64,000 bases of DNA from Camelus dromedarius (lineage: Eukaryota), in the NCBI RefSeq assembly GCF_036321535.1, contig NC_087436.1, positions 121,770,001 through 121,834,000 of the forward strand, given 5' to 3'. Below are positions 25,113-36,899 of this stretch, in pieces. Positions within the stretch are counted from its first letter, which is position 1; every line of letters starts with the position of its first letter. The position numbers and the translations under genes are program-made. Under the pieces are notes generated by a model. The model saw only the letters and a program-made list of their open reading frames with translations, ran no database searches and was not told the origin of the DNA.

Positions 25113-27509
25113 CTAGTTAAATAAAGAAATCGGAGATGCACTAATTAAAGACCAAAAAAGTCCCAGAAGGGCTCCCTCCCCCCGCCCCACTCCTTCCAGG
25201 CCCAGAACATTCTGTTCGTGAGGAGCTGTTACTGTGTGGCCCAAAGTGCACTCCGGTGTGGGCATCTGACCACGCGGACCTGGGCCCAGCCAGCCCCACT
25301 TCTAAAACTGCAACACAAAAGAAAGGGGGGCAAGGCACCGGGGGGGAGACAGAGAGAGAAACCAGCGCACAAATCTGACGGCCATTTTTCACAGCCGCGC
25401 TTCCAAACTGTATCAAAAGCCCTTCTTCCAAACAACGTAAACGCACACACGTCCTTTGACACTGAAGGACAACCATTTCCATGCCTGTCTTGAGAAATCT
25501 CCCATTCTGAGAGACACAAGTAACTTCCCCACTAGTGACACTCAGTGAAAGGCCAGGTCTTCCGTTTCCCTGATAAATGTAACCTCATCGGTTACTTTAG
25601 ACAACAACTTTTAAACATTCGGGAGGGTCCCAGCCATGAGAATGACATCAAGACAGCTGCCCATTTGCCCTCAACACTGGGTGACCAGGGCAGAAGGCTC
25701 AATTACCTTTTCCAAGTGCAGCATTCACTTTCCACAGATCCTGCGCAACCACGCTCGTGCAGACCCACACTCCCCATCTGTAAGCTACTCACACATTATC
25801 CGTGCTGAGTCCCCGCACGTCCGGGGTGGACACTCCCCACCTGGACGACCGGTGTGCACAGTGCTCCTGGCTCCGCGCTGCACCGCGCACAGCCGCCACA
25901 CTCAGGGCCTGTGCCTGTTCACAACTTGACCCAGCTGAGCCGGAACGAGGGCACCGGGAGAGGTCAGGAAACGACTTACCCGTGCAGACGCCACTGTCTG
26001 TCACCTGACGACCGGCAGACACAGGGGCTGAGAGCGTAAGTTCAGTGACCACCTCCCACTCCTGAACACAAACACCTGTGGGTGCTGCTGAGAGCATGCT
26101 GGCTCCACTAGTTACAGTCCCCGTCTACACTCACGAACCATAAAGACAGATTCAGCCAGAAATTTATGACACCCGCAGAGAACCTCAAACCCTCAATTCT
26201 GTCAGTGCTTGCAGTTTTACCAGAACACCAGTGCCTCCCAGATCTGACTTTCACCACTCCCGTTTCAAACGCAGCATCTCTTGGAGCCACTGCTCAGCAC
26301 TGGCAGAAGCCCAGGGCCCGGGAACCAATAAACTGGGCCTGAGGCCTGGATGAGACCATCCTATTACCAGCATACTACTTCAGAACGTGCTGTAATAATG
26401 ACACAGCCACAGACAAAGCGTGTAAAGGACACGACAGCCTTGAGCGGAGACCACTCTGTCTGCCCGGCACCGTGCCGGGCACGGGGACACAGGAACTACA
26501 CCAGCAGGTCCCTGCCTGCTGGGAGCCCCTGGGGGACGAGCAGTAGACGGCGGTCCAATTTATGACTTGTGTCCATGACAAAGAACGGGCAGGAGCTAAG
26601 GCAGCAGCCAGACTCGGCCCTGGACCAGAGGAGAGAGGGGGGCCGAGGCCTCGCCGGGTTGTCCCCATAAGTCATGGGGCCGAGTCAGCAGTCCCTGCCT
26701 GCCAGCCTGTGAGCAACCCTGGGCACTGAGTTACATCACTTGCAGGGATGGGGCCATGGCCCTGGGTTTTGGGGTTCACATTAACTACACATGAAGACTG
26801 ACTGATGAAGATGTTCAGGAATTTTTATGAAATCTGAAGTCATGCCTCCAGATGAGGCATGCAAGGAGAAAAGCAGACCCCAATATTGGTTTTCCAAACC
26901 GAAAGCAAGCTGGGACAACACCTGCAGTGAGGAGCACCCCCTGCTGGCCACACGCTGTTCTTAGTGCTTCCCACGTGTGGCGCCTCCGGCGCCCGCCATG
27001 ACCCTGAACTCGGTGCTGCGTGCCCATGCACAGGCTGAGCAGCCTGCCCAGGGTTCGGGGAGCCCGGGTCTGCAGGAGGGGCGCTGCCGCGGCCGCTAAG
27101 ACAGGGAAGCCTGTGTGGGGACGGTGGAGTCTGTGCCGCCCCAGCTGGAGGCAGGAGGAAAGGCTCACGGACCACAGGGCCAGGCTTTCCATCCAAACCA
27201 CTAACTCTCCCCACCTTCCCCGCAGAGGCTGTGGGGGGTTTGGAAGAGGGAAGAGAAGGTGTTTAGCAGAATCGACTCCTACAGCAGACCCCGAGGAACA
27301 GCAGGGTACCTAAGGCTCTCCTGTCCTTGCGGAAGGAGATTCAAACGCCGTGATCAGCAGCCTAGGGGGGGCATCTCCCCGCTTCTGAAGACGCTCTTCT
27401 AAGCCCAGACGTGTCCCACGCTCTGCAGAGTCAGGAGAGGTGTCATGCCCAGAGAAACTAAGCGACCTCTCAGAGACTTAGCTGGCAGGGTTTGCTCAGC
27501 AAGTGGACT

Positions 27510-28465
27510 TGATGCTTCAAGGAAAACAACCAATGCCTACCTTTGGCCAATCATAAAATCTGAGCTTTCAAGTGATAATGAGAACTTTGGAAAACCTGCA
27601 CCTGTCACTGGCCTTGAAGCTTCTCCATGTTAAAGACCCTTCTGATGAGGACCAGGGTGGTGGCAAAGGTCAGTGTTTACAGTGAACATCATGTTGCCAG
27701 ACATGACACTGCATATCGTCAGGAAGACGCAGGATTTCCCAAACGACCGATGACTGATATTACAGAACCACGCGTGTGCAGACCCTCTAGGAGCTACACC
27801 CGTGGACTGTGATGGAACAGGGTCCGCACAGCTCAGCGACACGGTTTCAGATTCTACACTGCAACTGTTAAGAAGCACCTGGGGCAGGGCACAGCTCAGT
27901 GGTAGAGCACATGCCTAGCATGTACTAGGTCCTGGGTTCAATCCCCAGTGCCTCCATTAAAAATAAATAGATACTCCTAATTACCTTCCCCCAAACTGAA
28001 AAAAAAAAAAAAAAAAAAGAGGCCACACCTGGGCTCTGGTGGACTCTCAAAAAAGAATGTCCACAGCGATCTGAAAAGTCTATTTAAATATTCCTCCCTT
28101 TTCCAAATACATTTCTGTGTGAGGCCCAATTTTCTTCAAAAACTTCAACCAAAACAACCTATGACTGACTGCAGAAGCAGATATGAGAGTCCATGTGTCC
28201 TCTACCGAGCCGGACACGACAGAGATTTGCAAACATGTAAAACATGTCCCTCTCCTTATTAAATGTTTTGGAAGACATTTTTATTTTAAAGTATGCTATC
28301 TATGTTATGTAATGGGCTATTAATTTCAAAGCAATTTAATAAATATATTTAAATTTCTCCATTTAATTTCACCATAAAAAAATATTGATAGATTAAAAAA
28401 AGCTATTTGGGGCTCTCACTTTTTAAATTTAAATGGGCCCAGGTCCAAAAATGCTGAGTCTCTGA
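27510..28465 (+). mobile_element. hAT-Charlie DNA transposon relic (Charlie1-like, 3' part) with a nested SINE
   Basis: Matches the Charlie1 consensus as I recall it: cttcaaggaaaacaac..., ctgaaaagtctatttaaatattcctcccttttccaaatacatttctgtgtgaggcc, gcagaagcagatatgagagtcca...gagatttgcaaacatgtaaaaca. Confidence 0.75.
27881..28018 (+). mobile_element. tRNA-Ala-derived SINE (camelid type) with an A20 tail
   Basis: A box agctcagtgg, B box ggttcaatcc, 20 uninterrupted A at 27999-28018. Confidence 0.9.
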
Positions 28466-30540
28466 GACACAGACTTCGAAGCTAATCTCAGCTCTGTCAG
28501 TTCTTACACTGCACTGACCACTGGGGAGGTCTGGAAGGATGATGTTGTAAACTTGTGAACACTGTTGAATCTGATTTGAACACCCCAACCACAAAGAGAT
28601 TTTTGAGATAACTGGACTGGACGTTAGTCCACAGAAATCACTATGTTTCTGTGGATGTCACGACAGTACTGCTTGTAGAGGTGACCTGCACGTGGCCTGA
28701 TGTACTGGCCACCCTGGTCACCGCAGAGTAACTTCTAGGCCTGGGAGACCGCACAGCACACAGAGAGCTCCCTTCCCTACTCGGAGGTCACAGTGGGCAC
28801 AGGCCCTGCCTGTCCCTCCAGTGGGCGGGGCCTCTCCTTCACCCTTGCAGAGGCTGCAGTCCCAGCGTTACATGCTGGGCTCAGCCTGGGCCTCCTAACT
28901 CCCAGGACTAGAAGCATCTTTGGAATGCTGGCTCCTGAGTACCTGAACTTCTCAGGATCCCAGCTTTCAATCTGCTCTTCACTCCAAGGCTCCCTGCCTC
29001 TCCTGTCACGTCAGCAATGTGTTTTAAAAGATTTTATCTTCTTTGGCTTAAGCTACCCAGTATTTCGGTTGTTTCCCTTGGAGGAAGAGCTCAGGGTATC
29101 TGGTCTGGTGGACCACTGGAAACCAAAGTGAGTATATCTCTATGAGCAAAGAAGATGAAATAAATCACTGATCAAAATAGCTGTATTTTGTGCTTAGAGT
29201 TTATGACCTTTTTTTCAAACCACAAGAAAACATTTCTACGTGAATTGCTGGTCACTTGCTCCAAGAAGCGTGGTTCAAATGCACTTCTGTGAGCTCAGGA
29301 AGGCGCTAGGCCACTCGAGCTGGCCCAGGGCCTGGACTCGGGCTCCGTCCCGCAGCACAACAGCAGCTCTCGTCACTGCTCTGTGCACAGGCTCAAGCCG
29401 GAGGGAGACAGGGAGGCGCTGTCACAGAGGAGGTGGCCCTGGATTTGGACTTCTGAGAAACAGCAGACGTTCAACAAGCAGAGCAGGGAGAGGGAGTGTA
29501 CCAGGGGCCCCAGAGGAAGGAGTGAGGCCGGAAAGGCAAGGACCGCCTGAGCAGAGGCCCCCACCCTCCACCTGCACACCCGCCCCTTCTCACGACGACG
29601 CTCTCCTCAAGGCTTTAGGGAGTCACCTGCGGGAAGGCAGTGCTCTGCCGAAGCGATGCTTGACGGGGGCCGTGGACCCCCTGAAATTACTTGCAAAATT
29701 GGTTAATTTTTCTAGCAAGGTCTGTCAACTTTAGAATTACAAAAAGACCATTATGCTTAAAATCTTCAGAACCACTGGTTGGTGTTTCAAAATGTAGGTT
29801 TTACCACTAAGAAAGCACCCAAAACCAGTCCAGTGAAGTCTCATTCAATAAAATTTAAGTGATGATGAAAAGCTTCAGACGATTAGTGAATCAAGAAGGC
29901 ACAAATGGCTGGTTCCTCCTTCCATTTGGCAGGTGCACGGGGGCTGTCTAGAACGGTCCCCAGCTTCCCTGGTTTCCAGGAACTGCATTTCCACTACACA
30001 CGCCCCTTCTACCCATCTGAGGGCACTTCTTTTCTGAGGTCACCAGAGACCCAGTGAGAACACCGGTCTGTCTCCTTCGTTAGGACGGTGAGATGCCTGG
30101 TGGGTGGGGCATATTACTTGACTCTATAAACCTGTCCTCGATCCAGTGTGGGGCTGCTGAGTGAATCCATCACTGAAAGCCCGGGGGGGTTGTAGGCGCT
30201 CCCCGTGCTCCTTACTAGACGCAAGCCTCTGTCTCCAGGAACAGCAAGTCAACAGCTTGGGATACAAGTCGTTCCTCCTCCTTCTCCCTAGTAATGAACC
30301 GTCCTCACCTTGCACTGTCCCCATGCCTCACTCCCTAGGCCTCAAGGTCCCCAAACGGTATCTGCACGACGTGTCACCAGAGAGCACTCCCTTCAACACT
30401 CTCCTCCAGAAGCAAAGTCAGAGGGAGGAGAGGAGAGGCTCAGGCTCCCTTCTGCTGGCCTGCACGCCGTGGAAGAGGGGCGGGTGTGGCGGGCCGAGAG
30501 CAACACACAGGCCTCTGCCCGGAGGCCGCGGCCAACTTAC

Positions 30541-30775
30541 CAGGGTGCCGAGGAAGGTGCTGATGGTGCGGGCCGCCTGGCACAGGGCGCCATACTCCTC
30601 AAGGAGAAGGGAGATGAACTGGTGCGCCTGTGGGGGTCCCTGCAGGGCGGATGGCGACTTCACTTTGGATGCAGCCGACAGCTGCCGGAGGAGCCGGACC
30701 TTCATCTCCAGCACGTACTCTCGGGCCTGCTGTTCCAGCCGCTGGTACAGCTGGTAGGGGTCCCTCTCACAGAGC
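30541..30775 (-). CDS. FAM193A: FAM193A coding exon D (235 nt, phase 2-0): LCERDPYQLYQRLEQQAREYVLEMKVRLL...ARTISTFLGTL
   Basis: Acceptor ctctctcctgcgcag|G, donor CTG|gtaagt. Lies within track ORF 30418..30801. Confidence 0.95.
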
Positions 30776-33676
30776 CTGCGCAGGAGAGAGATAGTCACCA
30801 CTCAGCGAGGTGGCACCCTGGTCCCTCGTAGGGCATCTGTGCGGCCGCGCGCCTAACGACATCCGCGTCTTCTCTCAGTCGCCCTGCTCACAGAGGGGCC
30901 CCAAAGTCATCGGCCAGATGACAGAAATGCCAGCATCTGCTGAGAGCGCACTCTGCGGCAAACCCCGCGTCAAGCCCTGGTCTGAGGCCAGGCTCAGGGG
31001 CTGAGAGTCGCCGGCTGCACATGGCCAGCAGGTGGCGGACACGCACAGCAGAGCCTCGGCGGCTGGTGGGCGCATGCCCTCCACCACAGAACTACTGAAA
31101 CCCAGGGCTGAAGACCACCACTGTGTGCAGACAGCTGAAAAGCAAGGACCCAGAGGAGGTGACACCTAGCCTGGAGGGCTGAGTAGACTGCTCTTTCTTC
31201 TTCATTCAATCCAAATGGGCTTGTCGTTTTTAATAATCAAAGGAAACTTAAGAGACCGTATATCTCTTTAAAATTATCCCACCAAAAAAAAAAATTTATA
31301 AAATTTGTAAGCTGAAGATGAGAGAAAAAATATCAATACATGCCCCCAATCAGGTCACAAGAGCAATGATCATTTTCATACGTCTTTCCTAACATGGAGA
31401 CAGCCAACTTTTAAAAACATTCTACAGTATTTGGCATGGCCACTTGTTTCAACTGTGCACTTCTGGGAGCCTACAGACGGAACCCCACGACCACTGAAGC
31501 CACGACTACAACATCCAGCTACAGCCCGTCCCGGGACGGGGGGCCACTCGAGCACAGCACCCAGGTTGTAAGTAAAATACACTAAGCTACAGCCCCTGGA
31601 TTTTACACAGTGGAAACTTTCACCTCTAGGCACCACTCTGGGTCAAGAGATGAACGTAGGTCATCACCTGCTCCACTTTCAAATTACACCACTGAGGCTG
31701 CAAAAAACAAGAGTCAAGTAAAACTGGAACACAGGTGGCCTTACACAAAACGTGGCCAGAGAGACAACGAGTACGGATGGGACTCCCACTGTGGGTGGCA
31801 CAGTTCAGATGGATGCATTCATTTTTTAGCTCAGCATAATCATAATTTTAATTACTAGTGTAACAACTGTCCCTGAAACAGAATGTATTTCATCTGTTAA
31901 AGAAAAGTCACAAAAGACTCAAATGACACAGGGACAATCAAAGTTACAAGTAGACTGGACGTCCCCTTCTCAGTCCTCTCAGTACGGTGGAATTAAATAT
32001 GCATTTTATCTTATTTCTTTGTCCATTTCTGTACCTTATGAATTCAATGAAGCAACCGCATGGTACTTTTGCAAACGTTATACGACCAAGATGCTGCAGC
32101 AGCTCAGCCACACACACATTCAGCAAACACGGAGCCAGTGGGGACCAACCCAGGGAAGCAGACCCTCTGCCCTCCCGATGCTTACAGCACACGCGGTTCC
32201 AGGTGGTGGCAGTCATGCGACACAAAAGGAGGTTAAGGGGACCAAGAGTGATAGGGGAGGCCCCTCGGGCTTCAGGCAGGGTGGCTTCTCTGAGACAGTG
32301 ACTCTGAAGACCAGCGTGAATAATAGAAGGGAGGAAAAGAAAGCCCAAGCAAGAAAGAACATTCTAGAGAGAGAAGAGCACAAACGCCAAGGCCCCGGGG
32401 TAGGAACAGTACCAGAGCCAGTGCGGCTGGAATGCAGTGTGAGTGTGTGAGGACGGGGGAGGGGTGCAAAGCAAGAGCAGGCAGGGCTGGGGGCCGCGGA
32501 GAGGGGCGACGGCTCACCGCCCCAGCCGTGCAGGCTCCTAGAAACGGGCTCTACGGACAGCGCCTTCCTGGTGTGCACTGACACTCAAACACCCAAAAAG
32601 GGACGTTCTTAGACACAGAGACTAGGAAAAACATGTGCGTACCTCAAATAGGGGCGTGGAACTTCTCACACTCTTAAAAGCAAGTTTCATTATGAGAGTG
32701 CTGCTGTTCCCGGACCCCACAGTTCACACAGACCTTCACAACTTCTGCTGTACCATCCCTCACCTGTATTAGTACTTGCTGAACGTTTTCTTTAAACTTT
32801 CATTTCACTCGGCTTCTTTCTAAGCATTCGTAAACTGCAAAGGTTTGACGCGCAGGTTATACATTCTTCCCTAACACTCCCTAGGAAATCTAACTTCCAG
32901 AAAAGGCACACCACCCAAAACCACCTCACATAACACCAGAGGTTCACAGGCCAAACCCGAATCATCGACCAGTCATACAGCCCACAGCCCGCCCCACCCC
33001 CACCTCCACGATGCACTCCCTGCGTGGCAAATGGGGCCCCAGAGGGGCTGATTTCAAAATGTGAGAGAAAGACCAAAACGAGAACCGACCCACGGAACAC
33101 CTTGCTCAAATTTATTGCTTTCATTTAGAACACTTCAAAAAAGAGAAAAAAGATGCTGCAAACTATGAGGGAGAATAACAATTATGCCTACCTCAGACTC
33201 TACATCACTGGGCACAAGGCACCTGCAGGAGCACAGATGCCACACCTAAGCCCCTCCTCCGGGAGGAGCACCCACGCCAGCAGGCCGCGGTGCCAGCTCT
33301 CCGCCCGTGCCGCCTCGCAGAGCCTCAGGTTTCTCACCTCCTAACCCGTAACTGCCTCTCCGCCTCGGGCCACTAAAGTAAGAGTGCTTGAGGAAGTGCC
33401 CAGAGCCACCCCTGGCACAAGTGCCCAAAAGGAGTGTCACTGTCTCAACACTGACAAATGACAGAAACGCTTCCACTCAAGTTTATCACACAGGTAATGA
33501 GCGGTCCAGTAGAAGGAGAATGCGACACTTGACCCAGTCTGTCTGCGGGAGGCCCGCACTGCCTGCGGGGCTGAGCTGGCGCAGTGGAAGCTCCAGCGGG
33601 TCCTGAGAGGCCCAGCCCGAGCAGAGGGAGGCCCCTGGCCACAGGGAGGGAGGGCCGGGGCCGGGGCCCCGTGTAC

Positions 33677-33844
33677 CTATCCACGAGCTCCTTCACCCCC
33701 TCCTTGTCGGGCACCAGAGACTGGTCCTGGTCATCTGCCAGCGGGGTCCCCGCCTGGCGGTAAATGCAGCGGACCATGTAGCGCACTTCTGACCAGCAGT
33801 TCTGCAGCTGCTGAGGCTCCCGCTCCGTCTCCGCCGAAATGTCC
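33677..33844 (-). CDS. FAM193A: FAM193A coding exon C (168 nt, phase 2-2): DISAETEREPQQLQNCWSEVRYMVRCIYRQAGTPLADDQDQSLVPDKEGVKELVD
   Basis: Acceptor ctgccccacag|G, donor TAG|gtacac. Lies within track ORF 33445..33933. Confidence 0.93.
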
Positions 33845-34361
33845 CTGTGGGGCAGCATGACAGCACAGAGGTCAGAGTTCGTGGCCACAACCAGCATCCT
33901 CCCCGCCTCTCCCGACACCCCAGGCCTCCACACCCAGCTCCCCGTGCTGGGCGGCTGTGTGGTCTGCTGTCACCCCCAGGGAGGACAGAGGCGTGTCCCT
34001 GCACTGCCCTGCGCCCGAGCCGTCCAGGCCCTGAGGTCTCGTCTCCAGGAGCTTCCAGACCCCCTCGCATCACAGGAAGGTCCACACCACCCAGTCCCCT
34101 CCACCTCCCTGACTGTCAGCATCAAGATGCCCACCGGCCCCAGTCCCCACTCGGCCCGCAGACGCCGTCTTTCAGCCCTGCCGCCGGGGAGGGGCGTCTC
34201 TGAGGTTCTAAACACTCAGAGCCTCCCTCCCCTTCTGAGGACGAGCCCCCTCCGCCTCATCCCCTGGGCAGGAACCAAGCAGGAGCCTCTCTTCCTCAGG
34301 CGGCTGTCTTACTCTGGGGAGCGGCTCAGACGAGTGCTGTCCCATCCCCCGCGGGCCATAC

Positions 34362-34519
34362 CTGCGCTCGCTGCAGGCCTCGCAGGCACATGCCGCATCT
34401 GAGGGGCCCGCGCCCAGCCCGGCCGGGGACAGCGGCTGAGCGCCCAGGGCCAGCCTCCCACTGCCACCGCCGGCCTCCGGCTGTGAACCCAGGGGGGAGT
34501 GCAGAAGGAAGTCTTGGCC
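34362..34519 (-). CDS. FAM193A: FAM193A coding exon B (158 nt, phase 0-2): GQDFLLHSPLGSQPEAGGGSG...SDAACACEACSER
   Basis: Acceptor ctgtttcctttgaagcag|GGC, donor CAG|gtatgg. Lies within track ORF 34208..34528. Confidence 0.9.
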
Positions 34520-36438
34520 CTGCTTCAAAGGAAACAGAACAGATTTCTTATTAACTCTTCAGGAAAATGCCTTTTAGAAAAAATGTTAAGCCTACACATT
34601 GAAAAGAAAACATTTTAACCGACACTAATTACACAGGAAACTTTCTCTGACCCCCAAGAACTTTATTTGGAAGCATCTTTTATTCTCCTTCTGGTAGTTA
34701 CATCATAATCACAGGAGGGCCGGCAATGAACTTCTTTCCTACTTCAGAAAAAGAGCGATTCAACTCCCAGTGTCCTCTCAGTACTCACAACACCCACCCC
34801 AATGTCCACCCTGGCGCACCCTACCCTGCGGCGAGAGCCCCACAGTCGCCAGGACAGCACTTGGTGGAGCTGGTGGCCACTCGGAGCCCCCTGTGAGGGT
34901 GGGGGTCGCGGCCTCTCTGTGCTCAGAGTCCCATAAGCCACCACCCGCTCTGACGGAGGGACAGGAGCCAGGATCACGAGGCAGGATGCCACGGGCCCAG
35001 ACCGCCTTACCTCCCATGCAGCAGCCACTGTCTAGAACACGAAGACAGCCTCGCCCCCCACCAGCTCCTTTTCCTCCCTCATCTTCTCCTGTCTCAGAAC
35101 CCGATCCCACCACCCACCCAGCCGCCACCTTGTCCCTCGGGGACGGGGCCCAGAGGGGACTCTGACATCTGGGGGCACGGGCTCCTGACCCCACGTGGTG
35201 AAGAAGGGCTCACAGCAGGGCAGCCACCTCCACCACCATCGCCCCCACAGCCTGCAGAGGGCGTGGCCTCGGGAGAGCTCCCGAGGGACGTGGGGTGGGC
35301 TCCTCCCCCGCCCTGGCGGGCCAAGGGAAGACCACCCGCCCCCACCCTCCGCAGCCCGAGCGGGCTCGGGCATCAGAAGCACTCCACTGCCAGGCAAAGC
35401 GCAAGGAGACTCTTCCCAGGCTGCGCGCGCCCCGTGGAGTTTGGGCACACGGACACGGGTATCTGACATTGAGACAGGAAAGCCTAGGTGGGGAGGGTGG
35501 GGACTAGTCAGAGCCTCTCCAGTGGACAGGGGTCGGGAGCAGGGGATAGCCAGCACCAGGTGGTGCCATCACGAGAACCCTACCTGAAAAGGTTCCTGCT
35601 GGATGAGCGGATCCCGAATTACAGGGGGGGCCAAGCAGGGATGGGGGTGTCATACAGTCCCCAGTAGGCAGCCTGGTGCCAGGTCCCAGCGGAGGGCTAG
35701 GAAAACCTACACCAGGGCCTCCTACAAGCGAGAGCCACCTCCCTGGGCAGCCTGTGAGGACCCTGCCCGGGCACTAAAGAGAAGCAGACAGAGCAGCAAG
35801 AATGGAAGAGCCAGAAGCACGAGGATGCAGGACCCCGCAACCGTCCCCGTCATCCACTCAGGTCAGGCGAGGAGCTCTGAACGAGGGAGACACTTGGGAT
35901 TTTCCGCAGATAGGACTCGGACACCTGAAAATAAGACCATTCTGGTTCCCAAAGTGACTGGCAAGGCGACACGTCTGACAGGTGGGTCAGGGCCGTCGGA
36001 CTGGGAGCAGCAGGCCCATTCACGTCAACGGAGGCGGCGACTCTCTCCTTCTCCTCCACTGTCACGCCCGGCAGCAAGGCCGTCCCCCTCCCTCCAATCC
36101 CAAGGACACCCACAACCCCCGAGGGGACGGCACACCGCCTGCCCGGACGCGAGGAGCCAGGGCGGGGTTCAGGTGTAAGTGAGGGCACGCGGCCCCTGCA
36201 AAGACACCTCCCATTCCTCCCGTGCACAAACTCTCCACTTCCTCCCGGCCTGCAGGTCTCCCACTGCCCTTGCCCCCCCTGAAGTGTGAATCCACCGAAC
36301 CTCTGAAGGGCCCTGGACAGAACCCCCTCTAGCAATCAGCAGAAAGATCACCTGCTCAGGGAGGCCGGCCAACCAGCTGTCAGTGTTTGCGTCTCAGCTC
36401 CAAACCCGCCGCTCTTCGCCCTGAAGCACCGCTCCTCT

Positions 36439-36471
36439 GTCCTGGCCCCGTCCTGGCCCCGTCCTGGCCCC
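36439..36471. repeat. Tandem repeat (GTCCTGGCCCC)x3
   Basis: Three perfect 11-bp units read directly from the sequence. Confidence 0.9.
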
Positions 36472-36899
36472 CGTACCCCTCCGCTCCCGTCTTCGGGGCT
36501 CCCACCACAGGTCTGGGTGTCGACCCCCTGTCACCAGCTAGTCAGTCTTCAAGCTCAAGGGCCCTGTTCACATCAGTGGTGAGCTGACCCCTCCTGACCC
36601 CAGTCACCCAGCCCATCTCCTCCAGCACACGCTGCTATCTGAATTCCCAGGATCTCCTGTCTTTCCCCTGTGTCCACCGGGAGAAGATCAGCTCGGTGAC
36701 CCAGCGCGCCCTGCCCTCCACTGTACCCCAGCCCCAGGGGCACTGTGCACCAGCACAACGCTGCTGCCCGGCACGCGGCCGGGCTCAGAGCAGCTACCAA
36801 GAACCTGGGAAGGACCGCTTCCCGCCAGCAGGGGGCCTTTCAAAAGAGGGCGCACGCTGACCGTGTGGCCTTATACCGCTCACCCTAGACAGACTTAAC

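Noticed and set aside
30161..30831. 198-aa and 173-aa plus-strand ORFs antisense to exon D
   Set aside because: Typical antisense shadows of a GC-rich coding exon, with no independent promoter, splice or poly(A) evidence.
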